From positions 64,914,001 to 64,978,000 of the forward strand of contig OX597821.1 in NCBI GenBank assembly GCA_951406725.2: a stretch of DNA of 64,000 nt, in the 5' to 3' direction. Source of the stretch: Octopus vulgaris (Eukaryota). Position numbers and translations under genes: made by a program. Below the pieces are notes generated by a model. It saw nothing but the letters and a program-made list of their open reading frames with translations. It was not told the origin of the DNA and did not search any database. This document shows positions 14,123 to 27,111 of the stretch, piece after piece (positions within the stretch are counted from its first letter, which is position 1; each line of letters starts with the position of its first letter).

Positions 14123-14350
14123 AGGCGAGCTGGCAGAAACGTTAGCACGCCGGGCGAAATGCGTAGCCGTATTTCATCTGCCGTTACGTTCTGAGTTCAA
14201 ATTCCGCCGAGGTCGACTTTGCCTTTCATCCTTTCGGGGTCGAAAAATTAAGTACCCATTACGCACTGGGGTCGATGTAATCGACTTAATCTGTTTGTCC
14301 TTGTTTGTCCCCTCTGTGTTTAGCCCCTAGTGGGTAGTAAAGAAATAGGT
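14123..14350 (+). mobile_element. SINE family A
   Basis: Near-consensus head, B box GAGTTCAAATTCC and central block. Confidence 0.9.
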
Positions 14351-14469
14351 AGGTAGGTTAATATATAAATGTATACACACACATACACATAATGTGCATG
14401 TATGTACGTATGTATGTAATGTATGTGTATGTATACATGTGTGTGTATATATGTATGTATATATTTATG

Positions 14470-14660
14470 TGTGTATATCTTTGTGTTTGGGTTTGTCTCA
14501 AGACAGCTTGACAACCGGCGTTCACGTCCCCGTAACTTAGTGGTGCGGCAAAAAGAGACCCATAGAACAGTAACAGACTTTAAAACAAGTACTGGGATCG
14601 ATTTATTCAATTAAACTATTCAAGGCGTTGCTCCAGCATGACCACAGTACAATGACTAAA
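14470..14660 (+). mobile_element. SINE family B, 3' half
   Basis: GCTTGACAACC...CGTCCCCGTAACTTAG...CTCCAGCATGACCACAG tail. Confidence 0.7.
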
Positions 14661-14926
14661 ACATATATATATATATATATATATGTGTATATATATATAT
14701 ACATATATATATATGTGTATATATATATATACATACACATACGCACACACACATGCGCACGCACACTCCCACACACAGAAACACACACACATATATCTAT
14801 ATATACATACACATATACGAGACCAAAAGAATAAACAGTGCTAAACTTTATAAAAGCAAATTCTTACGGCAATTTAAAAAGACAGAAAAATATAAGAATA
14901 ATAAAATATATATGAATTTCCTATAC

Positions 14927-15078
14927 GGCTGTGTGGTAAGTAGCTTGCTAACCAACCACATGGTTCCGGGTTTAGTCCCACTGCGTGGCATCTTGGGCAA
15001 GTGTCCTCTGCTATAGCCTCGGGCCAACCAAAGCTTTGTGAGTGGATTTGGTAGACGGAAACTGAAAGAAGCCTCTCG

Positions 15079-15109
<31 letters not shown>

Positions 15110-15350
15110 ACATATATGTATATATGTATGTGCGTGTATGTTTGTGTGTCTGTGTTTGTCCCTCTAGCATTGCTTGACAACCGATGCTGGTGTGTTTACG
15201 TCCCCGGCCATTAGCGGTTCGGCAAAAGAGACGGATAGAATAAGTACTGGGCTTACAGAGAATAAGTCCCAGGGTGGATTTGCTCGACTGAAGGCGGTGC
15301 TCCAGCATGGCCGCAGTCAAATGACTGAAACAAGTAAAAGAGTAAAAGAG
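14927..15350 (+). mobile_element. SINE family B, near full length, young
   Basis: Close match to 43799-44214 and 56494-56918; GTAAAAGA tail repeats. Confidence 0.9.
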
Positions 15351-15594
15351 TATACATACATACACACATACATGCATACACACATATCTACATAGATACA
15401 TACATACATACATACATACATACATACATACATACATACATACATACATACAAATATACATACATACATGCATGCTTATATGTATACATACATATATACA
15501 TGCATGCATGAATGCATACATACACACACACAGACATACATGCATATATACATACATACTTACATGCATACATACATGATATTTCAAATGATAC

Positions 15595-16190
15595 GGTGGA
15601 GAGATGACAGAATTGCTGGCACGCCAAATAAAATGCTTAGCGACATTTCATCCGTCTTTACGTTCTGAGTTCAAATTTCGCCGATGTCGAATTTTTCTTT
15701 CATACTTTCGAGGTCGATAAAATAAGTACCCGTCGAACAGTAGTGCCGATATAATCGACTAGACGCCCTTCTCCAAAATTACAGGCCTTGTGTCTATAAT
15801 CGAAAGAACAATCATATATAACGGCTTAAGGCAGCGAGCTGGTTGAAGCGTTAGCACGCCGGGGAAAATGTTTGGCGTTATTTCATCCGTCGTTTCGCTC
15901 TGAGCTCAAATACCATCGAGGTTGACTGTCATCCTTTGAGGGTTAATAAAACAAATACTAGTCGAGTACTAGGGTCGATATAATAGATTATCCTGTCACC
16001 TGAAAATTTCAGGGGACAGAAAGGATTGTTGTACATAACAGCACAAGACGGCCAGCTAGCAGAGTCGTTAGCATGCGGAACAAAATGTTTGGCAGAATTT
16101 CCTTCATCTGTACGTTCTGAGTTCAAATTCCACAGAGGTTGACTTCGCTTTTCATTCTTTCGGTGACCGATAAATTAAATAGCAGTCAAA
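15595..16190 (+). mobile_element. Three tandem diverged SINE family A copies
   Basis: Repeated TCTGAGTTCAAAT...GAGGTYGAC blocks at about 15665, 15900 and 16115. Confidence 0.75.
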
Positions 16191-16496
16191 TCCTACTTTC
16201 TTTGGATTGATAGTCACTGATAGGGTTGTGGGGTTGGGATGCCTTGTGAAACACAACGTATCTTGGATATTTTAAGCATGGTAGATCTCAGTCCCGGTGA
16301 GGCTAAAATATATGTTGATTTCGACAGAGAGAGACAGACAGGAAGAGAGAGGCGGAAAGAGAGAGAAATAGAGAAAGAGATATGGAAAGAGAGAAAGAGG
16401 GAGAGAGGGGGTGAGAGAAAGAGTTGGGGTAGACTTATGATCAGACTTGAGGAAAAAGGAGAGAGAGAAAGTTGTTGGACCTAAGATACAAATCGA

Positions 16497-17700
16497 TCAA
16501 CCATCCAAAAAGCCAATCCACAGACCAACCAACCAAAGAGCCAACAAACCAAACGGCCAACCGACCAAACGACCAACCAGCCAACCAACCAACCCACAAC
16601 CAACCAGCCAACCCACGAACAACCGTTCAAACAACCAGCCAGCCAACCCACCGACCAACCGACCTACCAATCAACCAGCCGACCCACCGACCAACCAAAA
16701 AACCAACAAACCAGCCGACCCACGACCATCCGACCAACCAACCAACCGACCTACCAACCAACCAGCCAACCAAACGACAAACCAACCAACCAGCCGACCC
16801 ACGACCAACCAATGAACCAACAAGCCAGCCGACCTTCCGAACAACCAGCCAACCAACCACCCGACCAACCGACAAACCAAACAACCAACCGACCAACCAG
16901 CCAAACAGCTGACCCACCAATCAGCCAACCAGCCAACCAGCCAACCAGCCAACCAACCGACAATCCAACCACCAGCCGACCCACGACCAACCGACCAACC
17001 AACCAACCAGCCGACATACCGACCAACCGACCAACCAACCAACAAGCCGACCCATCGACCAACCAGCCAACCAGCCAACCAACCGACAAACTAGCCAACC
17101 AGCCAACAAGCCGACCCACGACCAACCGACCAACCAACCAACCAGCCAACCAACCGACAAACCAACCAACAAGCCGACCTGCGACCAACCGACCAACCAA
17201 CCAAACTGCCAACCAACCGACCAACCAACAAGCCAACCCTCCGACCAACAAGCCAACCAACCAACTAGCCGACCCGCCGTTCAACCAACCAGCCAGCCAA
17301 CCAACCGACAAACCAACCAACCATCGGACCCACAACCAACCGACCAACCGACAAACCAACCAGCCAGCCGGCCCACCGACTAACCAACCAACCAGCCGAC
17401 CCACGACTAGCTGACCAACCGACAAACCAACCAACCAGCCCTCCCACCGACCAACCAGCCAACCAGGCGACCCAAGACCAGCCGACCAACCGACAAACCA
17501 ACCAGCCAACCAGCCGACCCACGACCAACCGACGAACCAACCAACTAGCTGACCAACCGACCATCCAACCAACCATCCGACCCACCAACCAACCAACCAA
17601 CCGACCCACGACCGACCGACCAACGAACCAACCAGCCGACCCACCGTCCAACCAACCAGAATGGTAACCAACCGACCAACCAGCCAACCAGCCAAATAAC
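16497..17700. repeat. 1.2-kb degenerate (CCAA)n satellite with recurring CAGCCGACCCACGACCAACC unit
   Basis: Direct inspection; source of the Q/P/T/N- and G/W/L/V-rich ORFs. Confidence 0.9.
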
Positions 17701-18064
17701 ATTTCTGTTGGCTGTTATTTTTATATAAACATCACTGAATAAAAGATGGGTTGGTCACGACTGAATGTCTTCGATCATAGACCTGTTCGATTAGACTTTC
17801 GTGAGGGCTGGATAACAACAACAAAATATATTTAATACGACCGATTTTCTCTAGAATTAGGAACCAGGTGTTGCTTGCGTGAGTATGGCACTGGCATTGT
17901 GAAATAGCAGCAACACGTCGGGAAGAGGAAGAGTTTTGACTTAGGTTTTAATACAGGATCTTTCGTAAACCTCAATCTCTGGTACTGGTGTCGGTGGTGG
18001 GGTGGTGTGTTGGACTTCGATATTGCTGACATCCCTTCTCTTTTACCTGCTGCAATACAATGAA

Positions 18065-18680
18065 GGCTTTTGTTGTTGTTGTTGTTGGTGGTGATGGTGT
18101 TGTTTGAAATAGTAGTGGTGATGGTGGTGGTAATAGTTGTAGTTGTTGTTGGTGGTGTTGTTTGAGATAGTAGTGGTATTGGTGGTGGTAATGGTTGTAG
18201 TTGTGGTGGTGTTGTTTGAGATAGTAGTGGTGATGGTGGTGGTAATGGTTGTAGATGTGGTGGTGATCATGGTAGTAGTGGTGGTGGTGGTGGTGGTAGT
18301 GGTGGTGGTGGTGGTAGTGGTGGTGGTGTTTGAGATAGTAGTGGCGATGGTGGTTGTAATGGTTGTTGTTGTGGTGGTGGTCATGGTAGTGTTGGTAGTA
18401 GTGCTGGTTGTGATGGTGGTGATGGCGTTTGAGATAGTAGTGGTGATGGTGGTGGCAATTGTTGTAGTTGTGGTGGTGGTCATGGTAGTGGTTGTAGTAG
18501 TTCTGGTGGTGGTGGTGTTTGAGATAGTTGTGGTGATGGTGCTGGTAGTGGTTGTAGTTGTGGCGGTGGTCATTTTAGTGGTGGTAGTAGTGTGGTGGTA
18601 GTAGTGTTTGAGATAGTAGTGATGATGGTAGTGGTAATGGTTGTGGTTGTTGTGATGGTCATGGTTTTGGTGGTGGTGGC
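18065..18680. repeat. Degenerate (GTG/GTA/GTT)n array with higher-order unit containing GTTTGAGATAGTAGTGG
   Basis: Marker TTTGAGATAG recurs at least six times. Confidence 0.85.
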
Positions 18681-19022
18681 GGTGTTTACCTCCGACGTCT
18701 GCCCAAACCAAACAATTCTTAGCGGTTCGGCAAACATGATCGATAAAATGACTTAGCATTTCGCCAAACATTATCGATAAAATGACTTAGGTCATTTCAG
18801 AACATTTCAGAACAATTCTTTTTTTTTGCAGCCGTTTTTTCTTTTTTTTCTTTTTTTTCTTTTCAGACATATTGCCTCTAAGATATAACGAAGATTCGAT
18901 TCATATCGAAGTCAATTTTAATATTGGATTTACAAGGGCCCAAATCAGTGGTTCCCAACAGAAGTAAATTTGACAGTTGGAGTTCCATGTAAGATTGCTT
19001 TAAGATCTATCTGCCATCGGTT

Positions 19023-19175
19023 CAGGCGTAGTTGTGTGGTAAGAAGAGTGCTTCCCAACCACATGGTTCCAGATTCAGTCCCATAGCGTAGGATCATCGG
19101 CAAATGTGTTCTACTATAGGCTCAGGACGACCAAAGCCTTGTGAGTGAATTTGGTAGAAAGAATCCCGTTGTATG
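19023..19175 (+). mobile_element. SINE family B, 5' half
   Basis: Head and CORE-like block followed by (TA)n that hosts the PLE cluster. Confidence 0.75.
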
Positions 19176-19180
19176 TTTTT

Positions 19181-19267
<87 letters not shown>

Positions 19268-19271
<4 letters not shown>

Positions 19272-19606
19272 CATTTTACAAAGGGCTTAGTAAAATAAAT
19301 TACTTTGCCACATACTGAACTCATTAGAAATAGCAGCCCAAAAAAAAAAAAATTTTTTTAGCCATTTCTAATACTTTGAGTAAGCACTATCTGAGAGAAA
19401 TTTTCTTTAAGTATTAGAAATGGCTAAAAAATTTTTTTTTTTTTGGCTGCTATTTCTAATGAGTTCAGTATGTGGCAAAGTAATTTATTTTACTAAGCCC
19501 TTTATAAAATGTAATATTTTGAATTCGCCTTAAATGGTCCCTTTACATACTGAATACTTGGTGAAATTGATTAATAATTAATTAATTTTACCCTCAATTG
19601 TTGAAA
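19268..19606 (+). mobile_element. Inverted-truncated copy of the 571-bp HHR element family
   Basis: 19268-19375 is the reverse complement of about 19410-19517; 3' end TTTTACCCTCAATTGTTGA abuts (TA)n. Confidence 0.8.
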
Positions 19607-19803
19607 TATATATATATATATATAGATAAGAAAGTTTGTTTGGTAAAGCACGTGGGTGAATATATAAGAAAATAGTAAAGTGTGAAAAAACGACAGAAGG
19701 CTTAAATGTTAAAAAATATATATATTTGTGTCAAAATGTATGGAGAATATTGGAAAAATTTTTTTTTTCCTTTCCTTAAAATGACATAATTTTAAAATTT
19801 TTA

Positions 19804-19843
19804 AAGAAATTACCGGTTTCGCGTGTAGCTTTTCAAATTTCTT
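19804..19843 (-). ncRNA. Minimal hammerhead ribozyme, U3-A8 core variant, in PLE 3' UTR
   Basis: rc: AAGAAAT TTGAAAA GC TACAC GC GAAA CCGG TA ATTTCTT; 7-bp stem I, palindromic ACCGGT, GUA triplet. Confidence 0.8.
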
Positions 19844-20000
19844 GTGACGTTATGTTTATATTGCATGGAGTTATCGTTGTTTTTATTTCCAGGAGATTTC
19901 TAAATAAGGGGAGGTAGTGAGTGATTTCTTCCGGTGTAGGGGAGATAATCGCTTAAAAATTTTTTTTTTTTTTTTTTGTTTTTTTTTTCCCTTTTCCTTG

Positions 20001-21790
20001 TTAATTTCTCTGTGTCAGTATGTTCGGATGGTTGAGTCTGGGTTTGTACTTTTCAATGAAGAATGTTTCCTTGTTCAGTCTCATTTGTGTTGATGATCCG
20101 AAAGCACATTGGTAAAATGGGAAGATTAAAAATTGTGGCAGTAGTTGTTTTGCGCATTTCTCAATGTGCTCACTAAAAGGTATCATTCTATATTCTGGGA
20201 ATGCAATCTGTTGTCGATGCAGTGTGCATCTACGCCCGAGTGATAGTCCCGTGGAACCCACGTAGTCTTGGTGGCAGCCCGAGCATTTAATAACATAAAT
20301 TATGTTTTCAGAGGCACAAGTAAAGTTAGATTTGATCTTAAATTTCTGTCCCTCTTTAAAGAAGAATTCTGATCCTTCCAATAGGTTAGGACATGTTGCA
20401 CAGTTCGATCTACCACATTTTTTTACTTTTGCATCCGTAATTTTAGAAGACAATTTTGCCTTTGTGAGAATCTTTTTAAGAGATTTAGGCTGTTTGTAGC
20501 TTTTAATGATTTGGTGTATGTTTAGAATTTCCTTTAATTTTGGGTTTTTATGAAGTATTGGTAAATTCTGGGTGATGATGGTGAAGGCTTCTTTGTTTCT
20601 GGGGTTGTATGTAGATATGTAAGGTAGTATTTTCGGGGAAGGTGTGTTGTTGTGTTGAACTTTTCTTAAAGTTTCTATGTTGATTTCTGTTGCACGTCTG
20701 ATCCCATCCTCTATGAGTTGAGCTGGGTAATGTCTGTCAATTAGGGTGTTTTTGAGTTCTTGCAGTCTAAAGTTCCTGGTATTTTGTTCTGACACTATTG
20801 TGCATATCCTTCTTGCAAGGTTGAAGGGGATGTTTGTTTTAGTGTGTCTTGGGTGGCATGAATTAAAAAGAAGGTATTGTTTGGCGTCTGTGGCTTTGTA
20901 AAAAATGTCTGTTTCTATTTTAAGGTTAATTTTTTTAATTAGTATATCCAAGAACGGGAGCTCCTTTTGGTTGTATTCCATTGTGAACTGTATATTTGGG
21001 TTTATGCTGTTCAATAGGTTTTTAAATTTTAGGAGTTTATCTATGTTTTCATTCCAGAGAATGAAACAATCGTCTAGGAATCGTTTCCAATTCTCTTTTA
21101 TGTATTGAGAGAGGGAGTTTCCAAAGATTGATAGAGATTCCTGGTAAATGATTATTTCCATGTATCCCATTGTTAAGTTCGCAATGACTGGTGCTGCCCT
21201 TGTACCCATAGCAATTCCGGATTTTTGACGGTAAAATGTATTGTCAAACATGAAGTGGTTATTGTGTAGGATGAATTCAATTGATTTAGTAATGAATTCC
21301 TTACTGATCCTTTTTGGTATTTGTTCCGGAAATTGGTCTAACCAGGATTGTATTGCCTCCAGTCCATAATTATGAGGTATACTGGTATACAAGTTGACTA
21401 CATCAAATGAAACCAGGATTGTTTCTTCCTTGGTTTTTTTTGGAAGGTGGTTTAACATATCTAAGTCATCTCTGATATGGCTATCGATATGTTTAAGGAA
21501 GGGTTTCAAGAGGATGTCCATAAGTAGACTTAGTCTGTGTGTTTCACAGGTTGGGCCAGCTACAATGGGTCGTAGTTTTAGGTCCCCCGGATTAGGTGTG
21601 TGTATGTATGTCTTTGGTGATTTTTTAATGGTTTCATTTATAATTTGACTTTTATGAATTTTTGGCAGACCATAGAAAAGGCTAGGTTTGCATTTAAAGT
21701 TTGTTAGGAAATCAATCTCTTTGGTTGTCAGTTCCTTTTCATGGGTTTTAATTAGTGAAGATAGAGTTTTCATTATTTTTTGTGGGGTGT
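20001..21790 (-). CDS. PLE reverse transcriptase + GIY-YIG endonuclease (uninterrupted about 595 codons, N-terminally truncated)
   Basis: FYGLPKIHK, LRPIV, SFDVVNLYTSIP, QKSGIAMGTRAAP, WKRFLDDCF, LPFLD, CGRSNCATC linker, NIIYVIKCSGC..YVGST, KETFFIEKYKPRLN; the called TTG start comes from the adjacent repeat. Confidence 0.93.
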
Positions 21791-22384
21791 AATTTATTTT
21801 TACCCTCAATTGTTGATATTATAATTCATTTCTCTCTGTTCTATTGCTTCGGTCCTCACCGTTAATATATATGTTTACTAGGTAACCCACGTGGGTGGAA
21901 GGGGAGAGAGCGGGAATCTTCGCTTGCGCATTTTGAATTTGTTAGTACTGGCAGTCTGAGCGTGTTCATCTGAGGTGATACGTTGCCGAAGGGTATGTTC
22001 TTCCTTTTAGTGCTTCCAAATCCAAATTAAGAAATGTTGAGCTGACGAAAGAAATGCTGACTTTATTTGGCTAATCTAGAAACGTTAACTTTCTCAAATG
22101 ATCTTTGTACTTGTGATATTTTTCTGTCTTTACCTCCATACCTTCGTGAGTTATTTATGAGTAAACATTATCTGAGAGAAATTTTCTTAAAGTAGTGGAA
22201 ATGGCTAAAAAATATTTTGGGGGCTGCTATTTCTAGAAAGTTCAGTATGTGGCAAAGTAATTTATTTTACTAAGCCCTAATTATATAATGTAATATTTTG
22301 AATTCGCCTTAAATGGTCCTTTTACATACTGAACACTACTTGGTGAAATTGATTAATAACTAATTAATTTTTACCCTCAATTGT

Positions 22385-22389
<5 letters not shown>
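21790..22389 (+). mobile_element. 571-bp non-coding HHR element with its 3' end duplicated at the 5' side (pseudo-LTR style)
   Basis: TTTTTACCCTCAATTGTTGATA at about 21797 and 22368; other copies at 13111 and 19268; ends in (TA)n. Confidence 0.75.
22037..22097 (+). ncRNA. Hammerhead ribozyme motif (slightly degenerate)
   Basis: TTGAG CTGACGA AAGA..TCTA GAAA C GTTAAC T TT CTCAA; stem I UUGAG/CUCAA, palindromic GTTAAC in stem III. Confidence 0.65.
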
Positions 22390-22483
<94 letters not shown>

Positions 22484-22741
22484 CATATATATATATATAG
22501 AGAGAGAGACAGACAGACAGAGGGGGATTATAAGAGGTAACGGTGTCAATAAGACCCCAAGGTGTCAGGTAATGCTGAGTAAGTGCTATGGGAAGACAAA
22601 ATAGTTAAGCTCCAGGATCGATGATTATGCGAATGAGGATAAAATATCCCTGCATATCTCACGTCTATTTTCATTCCTCCACTTCACTCTCTATTTCATA
22701 TCTTATCTAGAATAGCTATTATTTAACCATTTTCTCACGCC

Positions 22742-22789
22742 GTCTCCGATGAAGGAATATATAAAATATCCCGGAAACAGCCGTAAGAC
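22742..22789 (+). ncRNA. Minimal hammerhead ribozyme, U4C variant, in element 22520-22820
   Basis: GTCT CCGATGA AGG AATAT ATAAA ATAT CC CG GAAA CAGCCG TA AGAC; family copies at 52810-53095 and 54730-55060. Confidence 0.65.
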
Positions 22790-22818
22790 TTATTTATAAA
22801 TGTTCTGAAATGACCTAG

Positions 22819-22932
22819 GTCATTTTATCGATAATGTTTGGCGAAATGCTAAGTCATTTTATCGATCATGTTTGGCGAACCGCTAAGTCATTTTATCGAT
22901 CTCGTGTGGCGAAACGCTACGTCATTTTATCG
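22819..22932. repeat. 34-bp tandem repeat (about 3.3 units), resembling part of the SINE B body
   Basis: GTCATTTTATCGATMATGTTTGGCGAAMYGCTAA units. Confidence 0.8.
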
Positions 22933-23203
22933 AATCAAACTGAGCTAGCATGTATGAAGTGGAAGCCCAAAGGCAGGGACATGGGAGATGGATACAAGAG
23001 GTGTTGGTGGTCGGCAGTCTGGCCAAGAAAGAAAGATCATGGCTGGCCAGACACCGGCCACGTGAAATGAGGAGAGATGGGGAAGCGGGAGTGAAAAATT
23101 AAAAGAAAATCTGAGACAAAGAGAAAGGTGCAGAGATATATTGTAATACTATTCTATATTTTTGAGATGCGGAATTATGTACATTTTTTACAAGTCTGTT
23201 TTC

Positions 23204-23249
23204 CCCACGACGTTTCGGCTGATGTTCTCTCCAGCCTTCATCAAGTATT
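23204..23249 (-). ncRNA. Hammerhead motif (C3U change), same family as 61787-61832
   Basis: rc: AATAC TTGATGA A GGCTG..CAGCC GAAA CG TC GTG; flank 23148-23200 matches 61708-61750. Confidence 0.65.
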
Positions 23250-24441
23250 CTGGCGGAATTTGTATGTATATATACAGACATAGATATACACACACACAAA
23301 CACACATACATCCATATATTATTACATAATCTTACACAGGTATAGAGCGCCATGCATTAATAGAAATATAGGGAACGAGGTGAAAATAAGGGGACCCTAA
23401 TGGAAATTTATTAATATTATTTTATAAGTATAATTATCATGATCATGATCATCATCATCATCATTATTGGTATTGTTTTTAATTTATTATCATTACTTTT
23501 ATTTTGGTGTTTTCTAATATAGATGCAAAGGTCAGGAATTTAGGTGTATACTTATATATTTAGAAAAGTTTCGGGCCATGCTGTCATTATTGTTATCTCT
23601 GGGCACTTCATGTTAAGTTGTTGTCGATAGTTATGCTGAGGTCCCTCGCTGTGTTTCATTCCACGAAGTTTTCATCCGAGGGAAGATTGTACGGTATCTT
23701 CCGCGCAACTTTGTAATGAAGAGGATTAATTCAAATTTGTTATCGTTTAGCTGCATAGTGTGTCTTTCCTCCCTTAGGATACTGCAACGAACAGAACAGA
23801 TTGGTGATTAGTCTGCTCTCCCGCCCTATCAATGAACTTCAGAAGCTTAGAGCCATCCGCGAAAATGTTAATATAGAATACTAATATAGATCAGTGGATT
23901 AAACGCTAAGGACTTAACAGATACTTAAATTCATTTTGCCCGGGTGGATAAAAGACGAAGTTGACTTCAGCAGGATTTCAACTCACGGATTAAAGAACTA
24001 TACATTATATAGTAGATAATCATAAGGGCGACTAACGAAGGGACATTAAACGGTTGGACTTACAAAAACCGAGGTGATTAAATTGAAATCGAAATGTATG
24101 AATAGTACAAGTGCATATACAAGACAAATATGTAACAGAGTCTCCAGAGAGAAGGACAATCACCAAGAGCACACCAGTAAACTTCTAGGTCCAGAAGTAC
24201 TATGATTACCAAGGTTGTGTACCCTAAACCAGCTGTTATTCCTCTATCTACAGGAACAGCTTCAAGTACATCTATTCATTCGATCCCTGTTCGTTACACT
24301 AACTCACATTTCAACAAGTCTAGGTTGAAAGTTAATGTTGATCATTTCCGGCATCAGAGGTCAAAGCAGCTATATATTATTGAATCCGATACAATCTTTT
24401 ATACACTTCCTTACAAATCCTTCAAATTCTTTACTATCATG

Positions 24442-24476
<35 letters not shown>

Positions 24477-24503
24477 GGATTACATAATAGTGTTTTTTCT
24501 CTA

Positions 24504-25210
<707 letters not shown>

Positions 25211-25231
25211 GAATACACACACACACACTTT

Positions 25232-25266
<35 letters not shown>

Positions 25267-25269
25267 GCA

Positions 25270-25321
<52 letters not shown>

Positions 25322-26582
25322 TATATACTTGTATGTAATTTCTGTTGTATATAATTATGTATATGTACATATTTATATTAGATATAATTATATCTGTTCC
25401 TATATATGTGTGAACGGGAGAACGTGAGTCGCGTAATCACCTTCATTAGCATAAAGCTTTTTCAGCTATAAGAAGCAATGCATTGAAACCAGAGTCCTTG
25501 TGGAACGTCCTCTAGCTTTCACAGGCTCATTACAATAGAACACAAAATTAACCAAAACTTTAAAAAGCTTATTTCATTGAATTCTGCAGCTGAAATAAGC
25601 GTATGCTGACGTTTCCCCATTTCCTTAACGGCATGTTAATTCCAGAGAGCTTTTTATTTTTTCTTTTTCGTTTTCTCTATTTAAGATTATCTTCCTCTTT
25701 CATTCGGAGTCGTTTGCAGTTGCCGCTAGTTATTACTTATCTTCACTCGAAGCAAAGATAATATATTATTACTATATATTTGTCACTAATATTCTGTAGA
25801 TACTATTCCCCGATAAGATAGTATCTATTTCCATTTAGTTGAACCTAGACAAAGTATAATCAATAATATTTTGCTTGTCGAGAAACAACAAATTATATGG
25901 TAGAATTAATCTTTTACTCGTTTCTAACACTAGCAACTGTAACCAGAGTGCAGTTAGTGCAATACATTTTGTTACGAAGCCATTTGGTTATGTTTCCGGT
26001 CTGCGGGTAAAATTTAACTTTCGCTCCTCTTACTGTAGCCTTGAAAATATATTGAACCCATTCGATTTAGAGCTTAGGGTGAACTGGACCTTATCTGTTG
26101 TGCTTTCTGTAGCTGCACCATAAGCGGCATCATATTACCGCATGTATATTTAACTATGTAAGTTTTTTTATGTATGCATGTATATATGTCTGTTTGAATA
26201 TGGGTGTGAGCGTGATTCTATGTGTTCACTTTGTGCATGTTTATATATTTATGCATGTATATAAATATGTATAGTATATATATGTGTGCGTGTATGTGTG
26301 TTTTTATGTGTTTGTGTGTGTGTGTACATATATGCATGTATGTATGTATATATATATATACGTTTGTGCATGTATATATATATATATATAAATATATATA
26401 TATATGGGTCTACGTATACGCACACACGCATACACACACGTATATAGCTTTTAGACAGACAGAGAAACAGGCAGGCAGACGGATTGATAGACAAACAAAT
26501 AGAATGGTAAATAGAGGAACAGAGCGGGTGAGAAAGAGAAAGAGAGAGAGAGGGAAAGAGATGGAAAGAGAGAGAGAGGGAA

Positions 26583-26643
<61 letters not shown>

Positions 26644-27111
26644 GGTGTTTCCTAGTCCTGAAAGATGTTAAGAATGTTTTCCAGAATTCATCGACATTGT
26701 TGATGATTCCACTTCGCAGAAAAGTGATGTCCAATGTCTATGGTGATTTGCAGGTCACATGGCCACAGAAGCTGTAATCAAAGCTTACGGAAGCGGGATT
26801 TGTCGTAGAAGTGTTTGCCGAAATAGTTTTTCTCCTGCTTAATCTGTTTTTTTTTTTACTGTATTTTCGAATTCGAACGTAATATACAGCAATAGTTTCA
26901 CCTCTGCCTGTCTACCCCACAAACAATTTTTACAGTCTGCACGTGTCTTTACTCGTGTACTCCCACTGTTGATTCAAACTCTTTTTTTTAATATGAATAG
27001 AGTTTGAATAATTAATCTTCGTACTCGGTTTCACAATTATGTACTCTACAGTGCGCATCATATTTAGTTTTGGCGGAGTATTTTCCTAAAATGCTCGAAA
27101 ATATATTCGTA

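Larger units (their letters stand above)
19625..21790 (-). mobile_element. Penelope-like retroelement (Neptune-type), 5'-truncated, family 1
   Basis: RT plus GIY-YIG ORF, about 375-bp 3' UTR with HHR, 3' end in (TA)n. Confidence 0.92.

Noticed and set aside
16447-17702. Long Q/P/T/N and G/W/L/V ORFs
   Set aside because: (CCAA)n satellite lacking stop codons
18043-18771. 242-aa Thr-rich mucin-like ORF
   Set aside because: Open on both strands because of a trinucleotide array; its start lies in the templated repeat insertion; no splice evidence
22819-22932. 34-bp repeats resembling a CRISPR array
   Set aside because: Units are contiguous with no unique spacers, SINE-like in sequence, eukaryotic context, no cas genes
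23770-23820. Candidate micro-exon after TTTCCTCCCTTAG
   Set aside because: Weak donor and no supporting neighbouring exons; cannot be supported without RNA data
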